Assembly: GCF_009914755.1 (NCBI RefSeq)
Contig: NC_060940.1
Strand: one strand, 5' to 3'
DNA: 64,000 nucleotides
From: the human T2T-CHM13v2.0 reference genome, Homo sapiens
Positions 44,201 to 60,200 of the stretch are shown here, in pieces. A program made the translations under genes and the position numbers. The notes under the pieces are model-generated. The model was not told the origin of the DNA and searched no databases. It saw only the letters and a program-made list of their open reading frames with translations. The number at the start of each line of letters is the position of its first letter. Position 1 is the first letter of the stretch.

Positions 44201-47200
44201 AATCGAATCCATTCAAAGATTCCATTCAATTCCATTCGATGATGATTCCCTTAGATTCCATTCGATGATTCCACTTGATTCCATTTACGATGATTCCATT
44301 CGATTCCATGTGATGAATCCATTCAGTTCTATTCAATGATGTTTCCATTTGATTCCATTGGACCATGATTGCCTTTGATTCCATTCAATGATTCCATTCG
44401 GTTCCATTTGATGATGATTCCGTTCGATTCCATTTCATTATTCCATTTGATTCCATTGGATGAGTCCATTAGATTACATTCGATGATTATTCCATTCGAG
44501 TGCATTAGATGATTGCATTCGAGTCCATTCGATGATTCCATTCGATTCCATTCGATGTTGATTCTGTTCAAATCCATTCGATGATTCCACTCGATTCCAT
44601 TCGATGACTCCATTTGATCCCATTCGATGATTTCCTGTGATTCCCTTTGATGATCATTCTATTTGATTCAATTCGGTGATTTCATTTCATTCCATTCAGT
44701 GATGTTTCCATTCGACTGTATTCGATGATGATTCCATTCGACTCCATTCGATTATGATTTCATTCAATTCCATTCAATAATGATTCCCTTCGAGTCCATT
44801 CGATGATTCCATTCGATTCCATTCAACGATGATTTGATTCGTTTCCATTCGATGATTCCATTTGATTCCACTTGATGATGATTCCATTCGAGTCCATTTG
44901 ATGATTCCATTCGAGTCTATTTATGTATTATATTCGTGTCCACTTCATGATTCCATTCAATTCCATTTAATGTTGATTCCATTTGATTCCATTTGATGAT
45001 TCAGTTCGATTCCTTGCAATGATTCCCTACGATTCCTTTCTATGATGATTCCATTCGATTCCATTCATTGATGATTTCATTCGACTCCATTCGATGATGA
45101 TTCCTTTCGATTCCATTTGACGATGTTTCCATTCGAGTCCATTCGATGATGATTCTATTCAATTCTGTTCTATTATGATTCCATTCGATTTCATTCAATG
45201 CTTCTATTTGATTCCATTCGATGATGATTCCATCTCTTTCCCTTCGATGATTCCATTTGATTCCATTCAGTGATGATTCCATTTGATTCCATCTGATGAT
45301 GATTTCACTTGATTCCTTTCAATGATGATTCAATTCAAGTCCATTCTATGATTCCATTGGAGTCCAAACGATCATTCCGTTCGATTCCATTCAATGGTGA
45401 TTCCATTCATGTCCATTCGATGAATCCATTCAATTCCATTCGATGATGACTCCATTCGAGTACATTCGATGATTCCATTTGATTCCATTTGAAGATGATT
45501 CCATTCAATTCCATTCGAAGATGATTCCATTCAATTCCATTCGATGATGATTCCGTATGAATCCATTCTCTGATTATTCCATTCGATTCCATTCATTGAC
45601 GATTCCATTCAATTCCATTCAATGATGATTCTCTTCTATTCCATTCGATGATTCCGGTCGATTCCATTCGATGATGATTCCATTAGATTCCATTCGATTG
45701 TTGCATTCGATTCCCTTCGATGATGATTCCTTTGAATTCCATTCGATTATCATTCCGTATGAATCCATTTGATGATTATTCCATTGGATTCCTTTCGATG
45801 ATGATTCCATTCGATTCCATTTGATGATGTTTCTCTTGTATTCCATTGGATAATTCCTTTCAGTTCCCTTCGATGATTATTCTTTCGAGTCAATTCGATG
45901 ATTCTATTCCATTCCCTTCGATGATGATTCCATTTCACTCCATTTGATGATTCCATTCGACTCAATTTGGTGATGATTCAATTCGATGACATTCGATGAC
46001 TCCATTCAATTTCATTTGATGATGATTACATTCGAGTCCATTTGATGATTGTATTCCTTTCCTTTTGATGATTATTCCATTCGTGTCTATTCAAAGGTTC
46101 CATTCTATTCCATTCAATGATGATTGCATTTGATTCCATTCAATGATTATGGCTATCGATTCCACTCGTTGATTCCATTTGATTCCGTTCGATGATTATT
46201 CCGTTAGATTCCATTAGAAGATTCCATTCGATTTTATTCAATGATTCCAATGGATTCCATTCAATGATGATTCCATTCGACACCATTCAGTGATTCCATT
46301 CGAGTCCATTTGATGATTCCATTCTTTTGCATTTGATGATGATTCCATTAGGGTCCATTCAATTATTCCATTCGAGTCCATTCGTTAATGCCTTTCGAGT
46401 CCTTTTGATCACTACATTCGAGTCCATTCAATGATTCTATTCGATTCCATTCCATGATGATTCCATTCGAGTTCATTCGATGATTGCATTCGAGTCCATT
46501 TGATGATTCCATATGATTCCCTTCGACAATGATTCCATTCGTGTCCATTTGACGATTCCATTCATTTCCTATCGATGAAGATTCCATTCAAGTGTATTCG
46601 ATGATTCCATTCAAATCCATTCGATGATGATTCCATTCCAGTCCATTCGATCATTCCACTTGATTCCATTTGATGACTATTCCATTCAAATCCATTTGAT
46701 GATTCCATTCGATTCCATTCGATGTTACCATTCGAGTATACACGATGATTCCACTCGATTCCATTTGATGATTATTCCATTGGAGTCCACTTAGTGAATC
46801 CTTTAGATTCTACTCGAAGATGATTCCATTCGAGTCCATTCCATGATACCATTCAATTCCATTCGTTGATGCTTCCATTCAAGTACATTCGATGATATCA
46901 TTCGATTCCATTTGATGATAATTCCATTTGATTCCATGCGATGATTCTATTCGATTCCATTCAATGATAATTCCATTCAATTCAGTGATTCCTCTGGACT
47001 CCATTTGATGATGATTCCATTCAATGATTCCATTCGATTCTATTCGAAAATGATTCCATTTGAATCCATTTGATGATGATTCCATTGGATTCCATTTGAT
47101 GATTCCATTCGATTCCATTCGATGATGATTCCATTCGATTCCTTTTGATGATTCCATTCTATTGTATTCGATGATGATTCCATTCGATTCCATTCGATGA

Positions 47201-50200
47201 TGATTGGATTCGATTCCATTTGATGATTTCATTTGATTCCATTCGATAATGATTTCGATCAATTCCATTCGATGATTCCATTCGATTCCATTCGATAGTG
47301 ATTACATCCGAGTCCATTCGATGATTCCATTTGAGCCCGTTCGATAATTCCATTTGAGTCCAATCAATGATTCCATTCATTTCCATTCAATGATTCCATT
47401 CGAGTCCATTTGATCATTCCGGTAGGGTCCGTTCGATGTTGATTCCATTGGAGTGCATTCGATGATTCCATTCGAGTCCATTTTAGGATTTGATTTGAGT
47501 CCTTTCGATGATTCCATTCGATTCCACTCGATGATTTCATTCGAGTCCATTCGACACTTCCAATCGATTCCATTTGATGTTTCCATTCGATTCCAATTGA
47601 TGATTCCATTCAATTCCATTCGATGATGATTCCGTACGATTCCATTCTGTGATGATTCCATGTGATTGCATTCAATGATGATTCCTTTCGATTGCATTCG
47701 ATTATGATTCATTTCGTGTTCATTCTATGGTTCCACAGGTTTCCATTCGATGATGTTTCCATTCGTGTCCATTCCATTATTCCATTCTATTCCATTTGAA
47801 GATGATTCCATTCGATTCCATTCATTGGTGATTCCACTCAATTCCATTCAATGATTCCATTCCATTTCTTTCAACAATGATTCCATTAGTTTCTATTCGA
47901 TGATCCACTTGATTCCATTTGACGATGATTCCATTCGTGTCCATTCGATGATTCCATTTGATTCCATATGATGATGATTCCATTCGATTCCATACGATGA
48001 TGATTCCATTCGAGTCCATTCAATGGTGATTCCATTCAATTCCATTCGATGATTCCTTTCGATTCCATTCAATGATGATGGCATTCAATTCCTTTCGATC
48101 ATTCCCTTTGATTCCATTCAAAGGTGATTTCATTCAAGTCCATTCGATAATTGCATTCGATTCCATTCTGTGATGATTCCATTCGAGTCCATTTGATGAT
48201 TCCATTCAATTGAAGTCAATGATGATTCCATTCGATTCCACTCGATGATTCCATTGGATTCCATTCGATGATGATTCCATTCAAATCCATTCGATAATTC
48301 AATTCAAGTCCATTCGATGATGATTCCAATCGAATCCATTCAAAGATTCCACTCAATTCCATTCGATGATGATTCCCTTAGATTCCATTTGATGATTCCA
48401 CTTGATTCCATTTACGATGATTCCATTCGATTCCATGTGATGATTCCATTCAATTCTATTCAATGATGTTTCCACTTGATTCCATTCGAACATGATTACC
48501 TTTGATTCCATTCAATGATTCCATACGGTTCCATTTGATGATGATTCCATTCGAGTGCATTAGATGATTCCATTCGAGTCCATTCGATGATTCCATTCGA
48601 TTCCATTCGATGTTGATTCTGTTCAAATCCATTCGATGATTCCACTCGATTCCATTCGATGACTCCATTTGATCCCATTCGATGATTTCCTTTGATTCCC
48701 TTTGATGATCATTCCATTTGATTCAATTCGGTGATTTCTTTTGATTCCATTCAGTGATGTTTCCATTCAACTCCTTTCGATGATGATTCCATTCGACTCC
48801 ATTCGATTATGATTTCATTCAATTCCATTCGATAATGATTCCCTTCAAGTCCATTCGATGCTTCCATTCGATTCCATTCAACGATGATTTGATTCGTGTC
48901 CATTCGATGATTCCATTTGATTCCATTTGATGATGATTCCATTCGAGTCCCTTTGATGATTCCATTCAATTCCATTCTCCGATGATTTCTTTTGAGCCCA
49001 TTCAATGCTTCCACTCGATTCCATATGATGATGACTCCATTTGATGAAATTCCATGATGATTCCATTCGCTTGCATTCGATGATGATTCCACTTGAGTCC
49101 GTTAGAAGATTCTATTCAATTACATTCCATGACGATTCTGTCCGAGTCCATTTGATGATTCCATTAGACTCCATTCGACGATGATTCCATTCGATGTTAT
49201 TCGTTGATGATTCCATTCAACTCCATTCGAAGTTTCCATTCGAGTTCATTCTATTATTCCATTAGATTCCATTCGATGATGATTCCATTCGATTCCATTT
49301 GATGATTGCATTCTATTTCATTTGATGATGATTCCATTCGAGTCCATTCGATGATTCCATTCGAGTCCATTTAATGAATCCATTGGTTTCAATTCTATGA
49401 TGATTACATTGGATTCCATTCGTTGATGATTTCATTCGATTCCATTCAATGATGATTCCATTCAATTCCATTCAATGATTCCATTCAATTCCATACGATG
49501 ATGATTCCATTTGATTTGATTCGACAGTGAGCCATTCGATTCAATTCCATGATGATTCTATTTGATTCAATTGGTTGACATTTCCATTCGATTCCATTCG
49601 ATGATGATTCCATTTGATTCCATTCAAAGATGATTCCATTCTAGCCCATTCAATCATTCCATTCGATTCTATTCAATGATGATTCCATTCATGTCGATTT
49701 GGTGATTCCATTTGACTTCATTTGATGATGATTCCTTTCAAGTTCATTAGATGATTCCATTCGATTCCATTCGATGATTCCATTCTATTCTATTCAATGG
49801 TGATTCCATTCGAGTACATTAGATGATTCCATTCGATTCCATTCAATGATGATTCTATTTGTGTCCCTTAGATGGTTCCACATGATTCCATTTCATGATG
49901 ATACTATTTGAGCCCATCCAATGATTCCCTTCGATTCCATTCGATGAGGATTCCATTCGATTCAATTCATTGGTGATTCTATTCAATTCAATTCTTTGAT
50001 TCCATTCCATTCCATTCGACAATGATTCCATTCGATTTCTTTCGATGATTCCACTCGATTCCACTTGACATTGATTCCATTCGATTCCATTCAATGATTC
50101 CGTTTGATTCCAGTGGATGATGATTGCCATCGATTCCATTCGATCACTCCATTCTATTCCATTTGATGATGATTACATTCGATTCCATTTGATGATTCCA

Positions 50201-51023
50201 TCTGATTCTATTCGAGGATTCCATTTGATTCCATTCGATGATGATTCCATTCGAGTGCATTCGATGATTTCATTCGAGTACATCCAATGATTCCATTCGA
50301 GTCCATTTGATGATTCCATTTAATTCCATTTGATTATGATTCTACTAGAGTCCATTCAATGACTCCATTCGAATCCATTCAACAATTCCATTAGAGGCCA
50401 TTCGATGATTCCATTTCATGATTCCATTCGAGTCCATTTAATCATTACAGTCGAGTCCATTTGGTGATTCCACTGGATTTCTTTTGATAATGATACCATT
50501 CAATTACATTTGATGATGATCCCATTCAATTTCATTTGATGGTGATTCCATTAGAGTCCATTCGATGATTTCATTCGAGTCCCTTCATTGATTCCATCCG
50601 ATTTCATTTGATGATGACTCCATTCGAGTCCATTCGATGATTCCACTCGATTCCATCAGATGGTTCCATTGGAGTCCATTTGATTGTTCCATTCGATTCT
50701 ATTCGATTCCTTTCGAAGATTATTCCATTTGAGTCCATTCGATGATGATTCCATTCCATTCCATTCGATGATTCCGTTTGATTCCATTCGATGATTCCCT
50801 TCGATTCCTTTCTTTGATGATTCCATTCCATTCCATTCAATGATTCCATTCGAATCTATTCCATGATGATTCCTTTCGATTCCATTCGCTGATGTTTCCG
50901 TTCAATTCCATTCGATGATGATTCCATTCGATTCCATTCATTGAGGATTCCATTTGATTCCATTCAATGATGATTCCATTCTATTCCATTCAATGATTGC
51001 ATTCAATTCCATTCAATGATTAT
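41263..51023 (+). repeat. Composite long unit, 9,761 bp (second copy of the core-B-core structure)
   Basis: Landmark at 41263 and 51024 (variant CCCATTAGAG). Same organisation and diagnostic variants as 6891-16837. Confidence 0.88.
44916..46743 (+). repeat. Alternative HSat2 module B, copy 2
   Basis: Same markers as 10521-12348 at a constant offset of 34,395. Confidence 0.88.
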
Positions 51024-54000
51024 CCCATTAGAGTAAACTCAACGATTCCATTCAATACCATTCGATGATGATTCCTTTTGAGTCCATTCAATGATTTCAT
51101 TCAAGTCCATTTGATGATTCCTTTCAATTCCATTCTATGATGATTCCATTCGAGTCCATTCGATGATTCCATTCGATTGCATTCGATGATTCCATTATAT
51201 TCCATTCAACAATGATTCCATTCGAGTCCATTCGATGATTCCATTAGAGTACATTTAATGATTGCTTTGTTTTCAATTCGAAGATGATTACATTGGATTC
51301 CATTCTATGATACCATTCGATTCCATTCAATGATGATTCCACTCAAATCCATTGGATGATTCCATTCGTGTCCATTCGGTGATTTCCTTAGATTCCATTC
51401 GAGGATGATTCCATTCGATTCCATTCGATGATTCCATTCAATTCCCTTCGATGATGATTCCATTCCAGTCCATATGATCATTCCATTTGATTTCATTCGA
51501 TGGATGATTCCATTCGATTCCATTCGATGATTCCATTCTATTCCATTCGATGATGATTCCATTCGAGTCCATTCGATGATTCCATTCGAGTCCATTTAAT
51601 GATTCCATTGGGTTCAATTCAATGATGATTACATTGGATTCCGTTCTATGATTCCATTCAATTCCGTTCATTGACAATTTGATTCCATTCGATGATGATT
51701 CCATTTGAGTTCATTCGATGATTCTATTTGATTCTCTTCGATGGTGATTCAATTCTATTATATTGGATGATTCCATTCGATTCCATTTGATGTTGATTCA
51801 ATTCGTTTCTATTCGATGATGATTCCATTGGATTTCACTTGATGATTCTATTCGATTCCATTCAATGATGATTCACTTCTCGTCCATTGGATGATTCCAT
51901 TTCATTCCATTCGATGATGATTCCATTCGATTCCATTCGATGATTCCATTTGATTCCATGCGTCGGTGAGCAATTCGATTCAATTCCATGATGATTCTAT
52001 TTGATTCAATTAGATGATGTTTCCATTCGAATCCATTCCATGATTATTCCATTGGAATCCATTCGGCGATGATTCCATATGAGTCAATTCAATGATGATT
52101 CCATATGGGTCCGTTCGATGATAATTCCATTTGATTTCATTCGGTGCTTCTATTCAATTCCAGTCGATGATGATTCCGTTGGAGTCCATACGATGATTCC
52201 ATTTGATTTCATTTGATGATGATTCCATTCGATGATGATTACATTGGATTCCATTCTATGATTCCATTCAATTCCATTCGTTGATGATTCGATTCCATTC
52301 AATGATGATTCCATTTGAGTTCATTCGATGATTCTATTCGATTCCGTTCGATGGTGATTCAATTCTCTTATATTGGATGAATCCACTCGATTCCATTTGA
52401 TGATTATTCCATTGGAGTCCACTTAGTGAATCCTTCAGATTCTACTCGAAGATGATTCCATTCAAGTCCATTCGATGATACCATTCAATTCCATTCGTTG
52501 ATGCTTCCATTCAAGTGCATTCGATGATATCATTCGATTCCATTTGATGATAATTCCATTTGATTCCATGCGATGATTCTATTCGATTCCATTCAATGAT
52601 AATTCCATTCAGTTCAGTGATTCCTCTGGACTCCATTTGATGATGATTCCATTCAATGATTCCATTCGATTCTATTCGAAAGTGATTCCATTTGAATCCA
52701 TTTGATGATGATTCCATTAGATTCCATTTGATGATTCCATTCGATTCCATGCGACGATGGTTCCATTCGATTCCATGTGATGATTCCATTCTATTCTATT
52801 CGATGATGATTCCATTCGATTCCATTCGATGATGATTGGATTCGATTCCATTTGATGATATCATTTGATTCCATTCGTTAATGATTTCGATCAATTCCAT
52901 TCGATGATTCCATTCGATTCCATTCGATGATGATTGGGTTTGATTCCATTTGATGATTTCATTTGATTCCAATCGTTAATGATTTCGATCAGTTCCATTC
53001 GATGATTCCATTCGATTCCATTCGATAATGATTACATCCGTGTCCATTCAATGATTCCATTTGAGACTGTTCGATAATTCCATTTGAGTCCAACCAATGA
53101 TTCCATTCATTTCCATTGAATGATTCCATTCGAGTCCATTTGATCATTCCGGTAGGGTCCATTCGATGTTCATTCCATTGGAGTGCATTCGATGATTCCA
53201 TTCGAGTCCATTTTAGGATTTGATTCGAGTCCTTTCGATGATTCCATTCGATTCCACTCGATGATGATTTCATTCGAGTCCATTCGACACTTCCAATCGA
53301 TTCCATTTGATGTTTCCATTCGAGTCCAATTGATGATTCCATTCAATTCCATTCGATGATGATTCCGTACGATTCCATTCTGTGATGATTCCATGTGATT
53401 GCATTCAATGATGATTCCTTTAAATTGCATTCGATTGTGATTCATTTCGTCTTCATTCTATGGTTCCACAGGTTTCCATTCGTGTCCATTCCATTATTCC
53501 ATTCTATTCCATTTGATGATGATTCCATTCGATTCCATTCATTGGTGATTCCACTCAATTCCATTCAATGATTCCATTCCATTTCTTTCAACAATGATTC
53601 CATTAGTTTCTATTCGATGATCCACTTGATTCCACTTGACGACGATTCCATTCGTGTCCATTCAATGATTCCATTTGATTCCATATGATGATGATTCCAT
53701 TCGATTCCATACGATGATGATTCCATTCGAGTCCATTCAATGGTGATTCCATTCAATTCCATTCGATGATTCCTTTCGATTCCATTCGATGATGATGGCA
53801 TTCGATTCCTTTCAATCATTCCCTTTGATTGCATTCAAAGGTGATTTCACTCAAGTCCATTCGATAATTGCATTCGATTCCATTTTATGATGATTCCATT
53901 CGAGTCCATTTGATGATTCCATTCAATTCAAGTCAATGATGATTCCATTCGATTCCATTCGATGATTCCATTGGATTCCATTCGATGATGATTCCATTCA

Positions 54001-57000
54001 AATCCATTCGATAATTCAATTCAAGTCCATTCGATGATGATTAAAATCGAATCCATTCAAAGATTCCATTCAGTTCCATTCGATGATTCCCTTAGATTCC
54101 ATTCGATGATTCCACTTGATTTCATTTACGATGATTCCATTCGATTCCATGTGATGATTCCATTCAATTCTATTCAATGCTGTTTCCATTTCTTTCCATT
54201 CGACCATGATTGCCTTTGATTCCATTCAATGACTCCATTCGGTTCCTTTTGATGATGATTCCGTTCGATTCCATTTCATTATTCCATTTGATTCCATTGG
54301 ATGAGTCCATTCGATTACATTCGATGATTATTCCATTCGAGTGCATTAGATGATTCCATTCGAGTCCATTCGATGATTCCATTCGATTCCATTCGATGTT
54401 GATTCTGTTCAAATCCATTCGATGATTCCACTCGATTCCATTCGATGACTCCAGTTGATCCCATTCGATGATTTCCTTTGATTCCCTTTGATGATCATTC
54501 CATTTGATTCAATTCGGTGATTTCATTTGATTCCATTCAGTGATGTTTCCATTCGACTCCATTCGATGATGATTCCATTCGACTCCATTGGATTATGATT
54601 TCATTCAATTCCATTCGATAATGATTCCCTTCGAGTCCATTCGATGATTCCATTCGATTCCATTCAACGATGATTTGATTCGTGTCCATTCGATGATTCC
54701 ATTTGATTCCACTTGATGATGATTCCATTCGAGTCCATTTGATGATTCCATTCAATTCCATTCTCCGATGATTTCTTTTGAGCCCATTCAATGCTTCCAC
54801 TCGATTCCATATGATGATGACTCCATTCGATGAAATTCGATGATGATTCCATTCGCTTGCATTCGATGATGATTCCACTTGAGTCCATTAGAAGATTCTA
54901 TTCAATTACATTCCATGACGATTCCGTTCGAGTCCATTTGATGATTCCATTAGACTCCATTCGACGATGATTCCATTCGATGTTATTCGATGATTCCATT
55001 CGATCTCATTCGATGATGATTCCATTCAACTCCATTCGATGTTTCCATTCGAGTTCATTCTATTATTCCATTAGATTCCATTCGATGATGATTCCATTCG
55101 ATTCCATTTGATGATTGCATTCTATTTCATTTGATGATGATTCCATTCGAGTCCACTCGATGATTCCATTCGAGTCCATTTAATGAATCCATTGGTTTCA
55201 ATTCTATGATGATTACATTGGATTCCATTCGTTGATTATTTCATTCGGTTCCATTCAATGATGATTCAATTCAATTCCTTTCAATGTTTCCATTCAATTC
55301 CATACGATGATTATTCCATTTGATTTGATTCGACAGTGAGCCATTCGATTCAATTCCATGATGATTCTATTTGATTCCATTGGTTGACATTTCCATTCGA
55401 TTCCATTCGATGATGATTCCCTTTGATTCCATTCAAAGATGATTCCATTCTAGCCCATTCAATCATTCCATTCGATTCTATTCAATGATGATTCCATTCA
55501 TGTCGATTTGGTGATTCCATTTGACTTCATTTGATGATGATTCCTTTCAAGTTCATTAGATGATTCCATTCGATTCCATTTGATGATGATCCCATTCGAG
55601 TCCATTCAGTGATTCCACTCGTTTCCATTCCATGATGATTCCATTCCATTCCATGCAATGATTCCATTCGATTCCGTTTGATGATGATTTCATTCGAGTC
55701 CATTTGATGATTCCATTTGATTCCATTCGATGATGATTCCATTCGAGTCCATTCGATGATTCTATTCGAATCCATTTGATGATTTCTTTTGATTATAGTT
55801 GGTGATGATTCCATTGGAGTCCATTCAATGATTCCATTCGATTCCAATCGATGGTGATTCCATTAGAGTCCATTTAATGATTCCATTTGATTCCAGTCTC
55901 TGATGATTACATTTGAGTCCATACGATGATTCCACTCAATTCCATATGATGATGATTCCATTCGATTCCATTCGATGATTCCATTCTATTCTATTCAATG
56001 GTGATTCCATTCGAGTACATTAGATGATTCCATTCGATTCCATTCAATGATGATTCTATTTGTGTCCCTTAGATGATTCCACATGATTCCATTAGATGAT
56101 GATACTATTTGAGCCCATCCAATGATTCCCTTCGATTCCATTCGATGAGGATTCCATTCGATTCAATTCATTGGTGATTCTATTCAATTCAATTCTTTGA
56201 TTCCATTCCATTCCATTCGACAATGATTCCATTCGATTTCTTTCGATGATTCCACTCGATTCCACTTGACATTGATTCCCTTCGATTCCATTCAATGATT
56301 CCATTTGATTCCAGTGGATGATGATTGCCATCGATTCCATTTGATCACTCCATTCTATTCCACTTGATGATGATTACATTCGATTCCATTTGACGATTCC
56401 ATCTGATTCTATTCGAGGATTCCATTTGATTCCATTCGATGATGATTCCATTCGAGTCCATTCGATGATATCATTCGAGTACATCCAATGATTCCATTCG
56501 AGTCCATTTGATGATTCCATTTGATTCCATTTGATAATGATTCTACTAGAGTCCATTCAATGACTCCATTGGAGTCCATTCAACAATTCCATTCGACTCC
56601 ATTTGATGATTCCATTGGATTCCATTTGATGATTCCATTCGAGTCCATTTAATCATTACAGTCGAGTCCATTTGGTGATTCCACCGGATTTCTTTTGATA
56701 ATGATACCATTCAATTACATTTGATGATGATCCCATTCAATTTCATTTGATGATGATTCCATTAGAGTCCATTCGATGATTTCATTCGAGTCCCTTCATT
56801 GATTCCATCCGATTTCATTGGATGATGACTCCATTCGAGTCCATTCGATGATTCCACTCGATTCCATTAGATGATTCCATTGGAGTCCATTTGATTGTTC
56901 CATTCGATTCCATTCGATTCCTTTCGAAGATTATTCCATTTGAGTCCATTCGATGATGATTCCATTCCATTCCATTCGATGATTCCGTTTGATTCCATTC

Positions 57001-57234
57001 GATGATTCCCTTCGATTCCTTTCTTTGATGATTCCATTCCATTCCATTCAATGATTCCATTCGAATCTATTCCATGATGATTCCTTTCGATTCCATTCGC
57101 TGATGTTTCCGTTCAATTCCATTCGATGATGATTCCATTCGATTCCATTCATTGAGGATTCCATTTGATTCCATTCAATGATGATTCCGTTCTATTCTAT
57201 TCAATGATTGCATTCAATTCCATTCAGTGATTAT
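51024..57234 (+). repeat. Higher-order unit, 6,211 bp (+98, +1)
   Basis: Landmark at 51024 and 57235. A 98-bp duplication starts at ~52834/52932 and a 1-bp insertion lies at ~51502. Confidence 0.9.
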
Positions 57235-60200
57235 CCCCTTAGAGTAAACTCAACGATTCCATTCAATACCATTCGATGATGATTCCTTTTGAGTCCATTC
57301 AATGATTTCATTCAAGTCCATTTGATGATTCCTTTCAATTCCATTCTATGATGATTCCATTCGAGTCCATTCGATGATTCCATTCGATTGCATTCGATTA
57401 TTCCATTATATTCCAGTCAACAATGAATCCATTCGAGTCCATTCGATGATTCCATTAGAGTACATTTAATGATTGCTTTGTTTTCAATTCGAAGATGACT
57501 ACATTGGATTCCATTCTATGATACCATTCGATTCCATTCAATGATGATTCCACTCAAATCCATTGGATGATTCCATTCGTGTCCATTCGGTGATTTCCTT
57601 AGATTCCATTCGAGGATGATTCCATTCGATTCCATTCGATGATTCCATTCAATTCCATTCGAGTATGATTCCATTCCAGTCCATATGATCATTCCATTTG
57701 ATTTCATTCGATGATGATTCCATTCGATTCCATTCGATGATTCCATTCTATTCCATTCGATGATGATTCCATTCGAGTCCATTCGATGATTCCATTCGAG
57801 TCCATTTAATGATTCCATTGGGTTCAATTCAATGATGATTACATTGGATTCCGTTCTATGATTCCATTCAATTCCGTTCATTGACAATTTGATTCCATTC
57901 GATGATGATTCCATTTGAGTTCATTCGATGATTCTATTCGATTCTCTTCGATGGTGATTCAATTCTATTATATTGGATGATTCCATTCGATTCCATTTGA
58001 TGTTGATTCAATTCGATTCTATTCGATGATGATTCCATTGGATTTCACTTGATGATTCTATTCGATTCCATTCAATGATGATTCACTTCTCGTCCATTGG
58101 ATGATTCCATTTCATTCCATTCGATGATGATTCCATTCGATTCCATTCGATGATTCCATTTGATTCCATGCGTCGGTGAGCAATTCGATTCAATTCCATG
58201 ATGATTCTATTTGATTCAATTAGATGATGTTTCCATTCGAATCCATTCCATGATTATTCCATTGGAATCCATTCGGCGATGATTCCATATGAGTCAATTC
58301 AATGATGATTCCATATGGGTCCGTTCGATGATAATTCCATTTGATTTCATTCGGTGCTTCTATTCAATTCCAGTCGATGATGATTCCGTTGGAGTCCATA
58401 CGATGATTCCATTTGATTTCATTTGATGATGATTCCATTCGATGATGATTACATTGGATTCCATTCTATGATTCCATTCAATTCCATTCGTTGATGATTC
58501 GATTCCATTCAATGATGATTCCATTTGAGTTCATTCGATGATTCTATTCGATTCCGTTCGATGGTGATTCAATTCTCTTATATTGGATGATTCCACTCGA
58601 TTCCATTTGATGATTATTCCATTGCAGTCCACTTAGGGAATCCTTCAGATTCTTCTCGAAGATGAATCCATTCAAGTCCATTCAATCATACCATTCAATT
58701 TCATTCGTTGATGCTTCCATTCAAGTGCATTCGATGATATCATTCGATTCCATTTGATGATAATTCCATTTGATTCCATGCGATGATTCTATTCGATTCC
58801 ATTCAATGATAATTCCATTCAGTTCAGTGATTCCTCTGAACTCCATTTGATGATGATTCCATTCAATGATTCCATTCGATTCTATTCCAAAATGATTCCA
58901 TTTGAATCCATTTGATGATGATTCCATTAGATTCCATTTGATGATTCCATTCGATTCCATGCGACGATGATTCCATTCAATTCCATGTGATGATTCCATT
59001 CTATTCTATTCGATGATGATTCCATTCGATTCCATTCGATGATGATTGGATTCAATTCCATTTGATGATTTCATTTGATTCCATTCGTTAATGATTTCGA
59101 TCAATTCCATTCGATGATTCCATTCGATTCCATTCGATAATGATTACATCCGTGTCCATTCAATGATTCCATTTGAGCCTGTTCGATAATTCCATTTGAG
59201 TCCAACCAATGATTCCATTCATTTCCCTTCAATGATTCCATTCGAGTCCATTTGATCATTCCGGTAGGGTCCATTCGATGTTGACTCCATTGGAGTGCAT
59301 TCGATGATTCCATTCGAGTCTATTTTATGATTTGATTCGAGTCCTTTCGATGATTCCATTCGATTCCACTCGATGATGATTTCATTCGAGTCCATTCGAC
59401 ACTTCCAATCGATTCCATTTGATGTTTCCATTCGAGTCCAATTGATGATTCCATTCAATTCCATTCGATGATGATTCCGTACGATTCCATTCTGTGATGA
59501 TTCCATGTGATTGCATTCAATGATGATTCCTTTAGATTGCATTCGATTGTGATTCATTTCGTCTTCATTCTATGGTTCCACTGGTTTCCATTCGTGTCCA
59601 TTCCATTATTCCATTCTATTCCATTTGATGATGATTCCATTCGATTCCATTCATTGGTGATTCCACTCAATTCCATTCAATGATTCCATTCCATTTCTTT
59701 CAACAATGATTCCATTACTTTCTAATCGATGATCCACTTGATTCCATTTGACGACGATTCCATTCTTGTCCATTCGATGATTCCATTTGATTCCATATGA
59801 TGATGATTCCATTCGATTCCATACCATGATGATTCCATTCGAGTCCATTCAATGGTGATTCCATTCAATTCCATTCGATGATTCCTTTTGATTCCATTCG
59901 ATGATGATGGCATTCGATTCCTTTCAATCATACCCTTTGATTCCATTCAAAGGTGATTTCATTCAAGTCCATTCGATAATTGCATTCGATTCCATTCTAT
60001 GATGATTCCATTCGAGTCCATTTGATGATTCCATTCAATTCAAGTCAATGATGATTCCATTCGATTCCATTCGATGATTCCATTGGATTCCATTCGATGA
60101 TGATTCCATTCAAATCCATTCGATAATTCAATTCAAGTCCATTCGATGATGATTAAAATCGAATCCATTCAAAGATTCCATTCAGTTCCATTCGATGATT

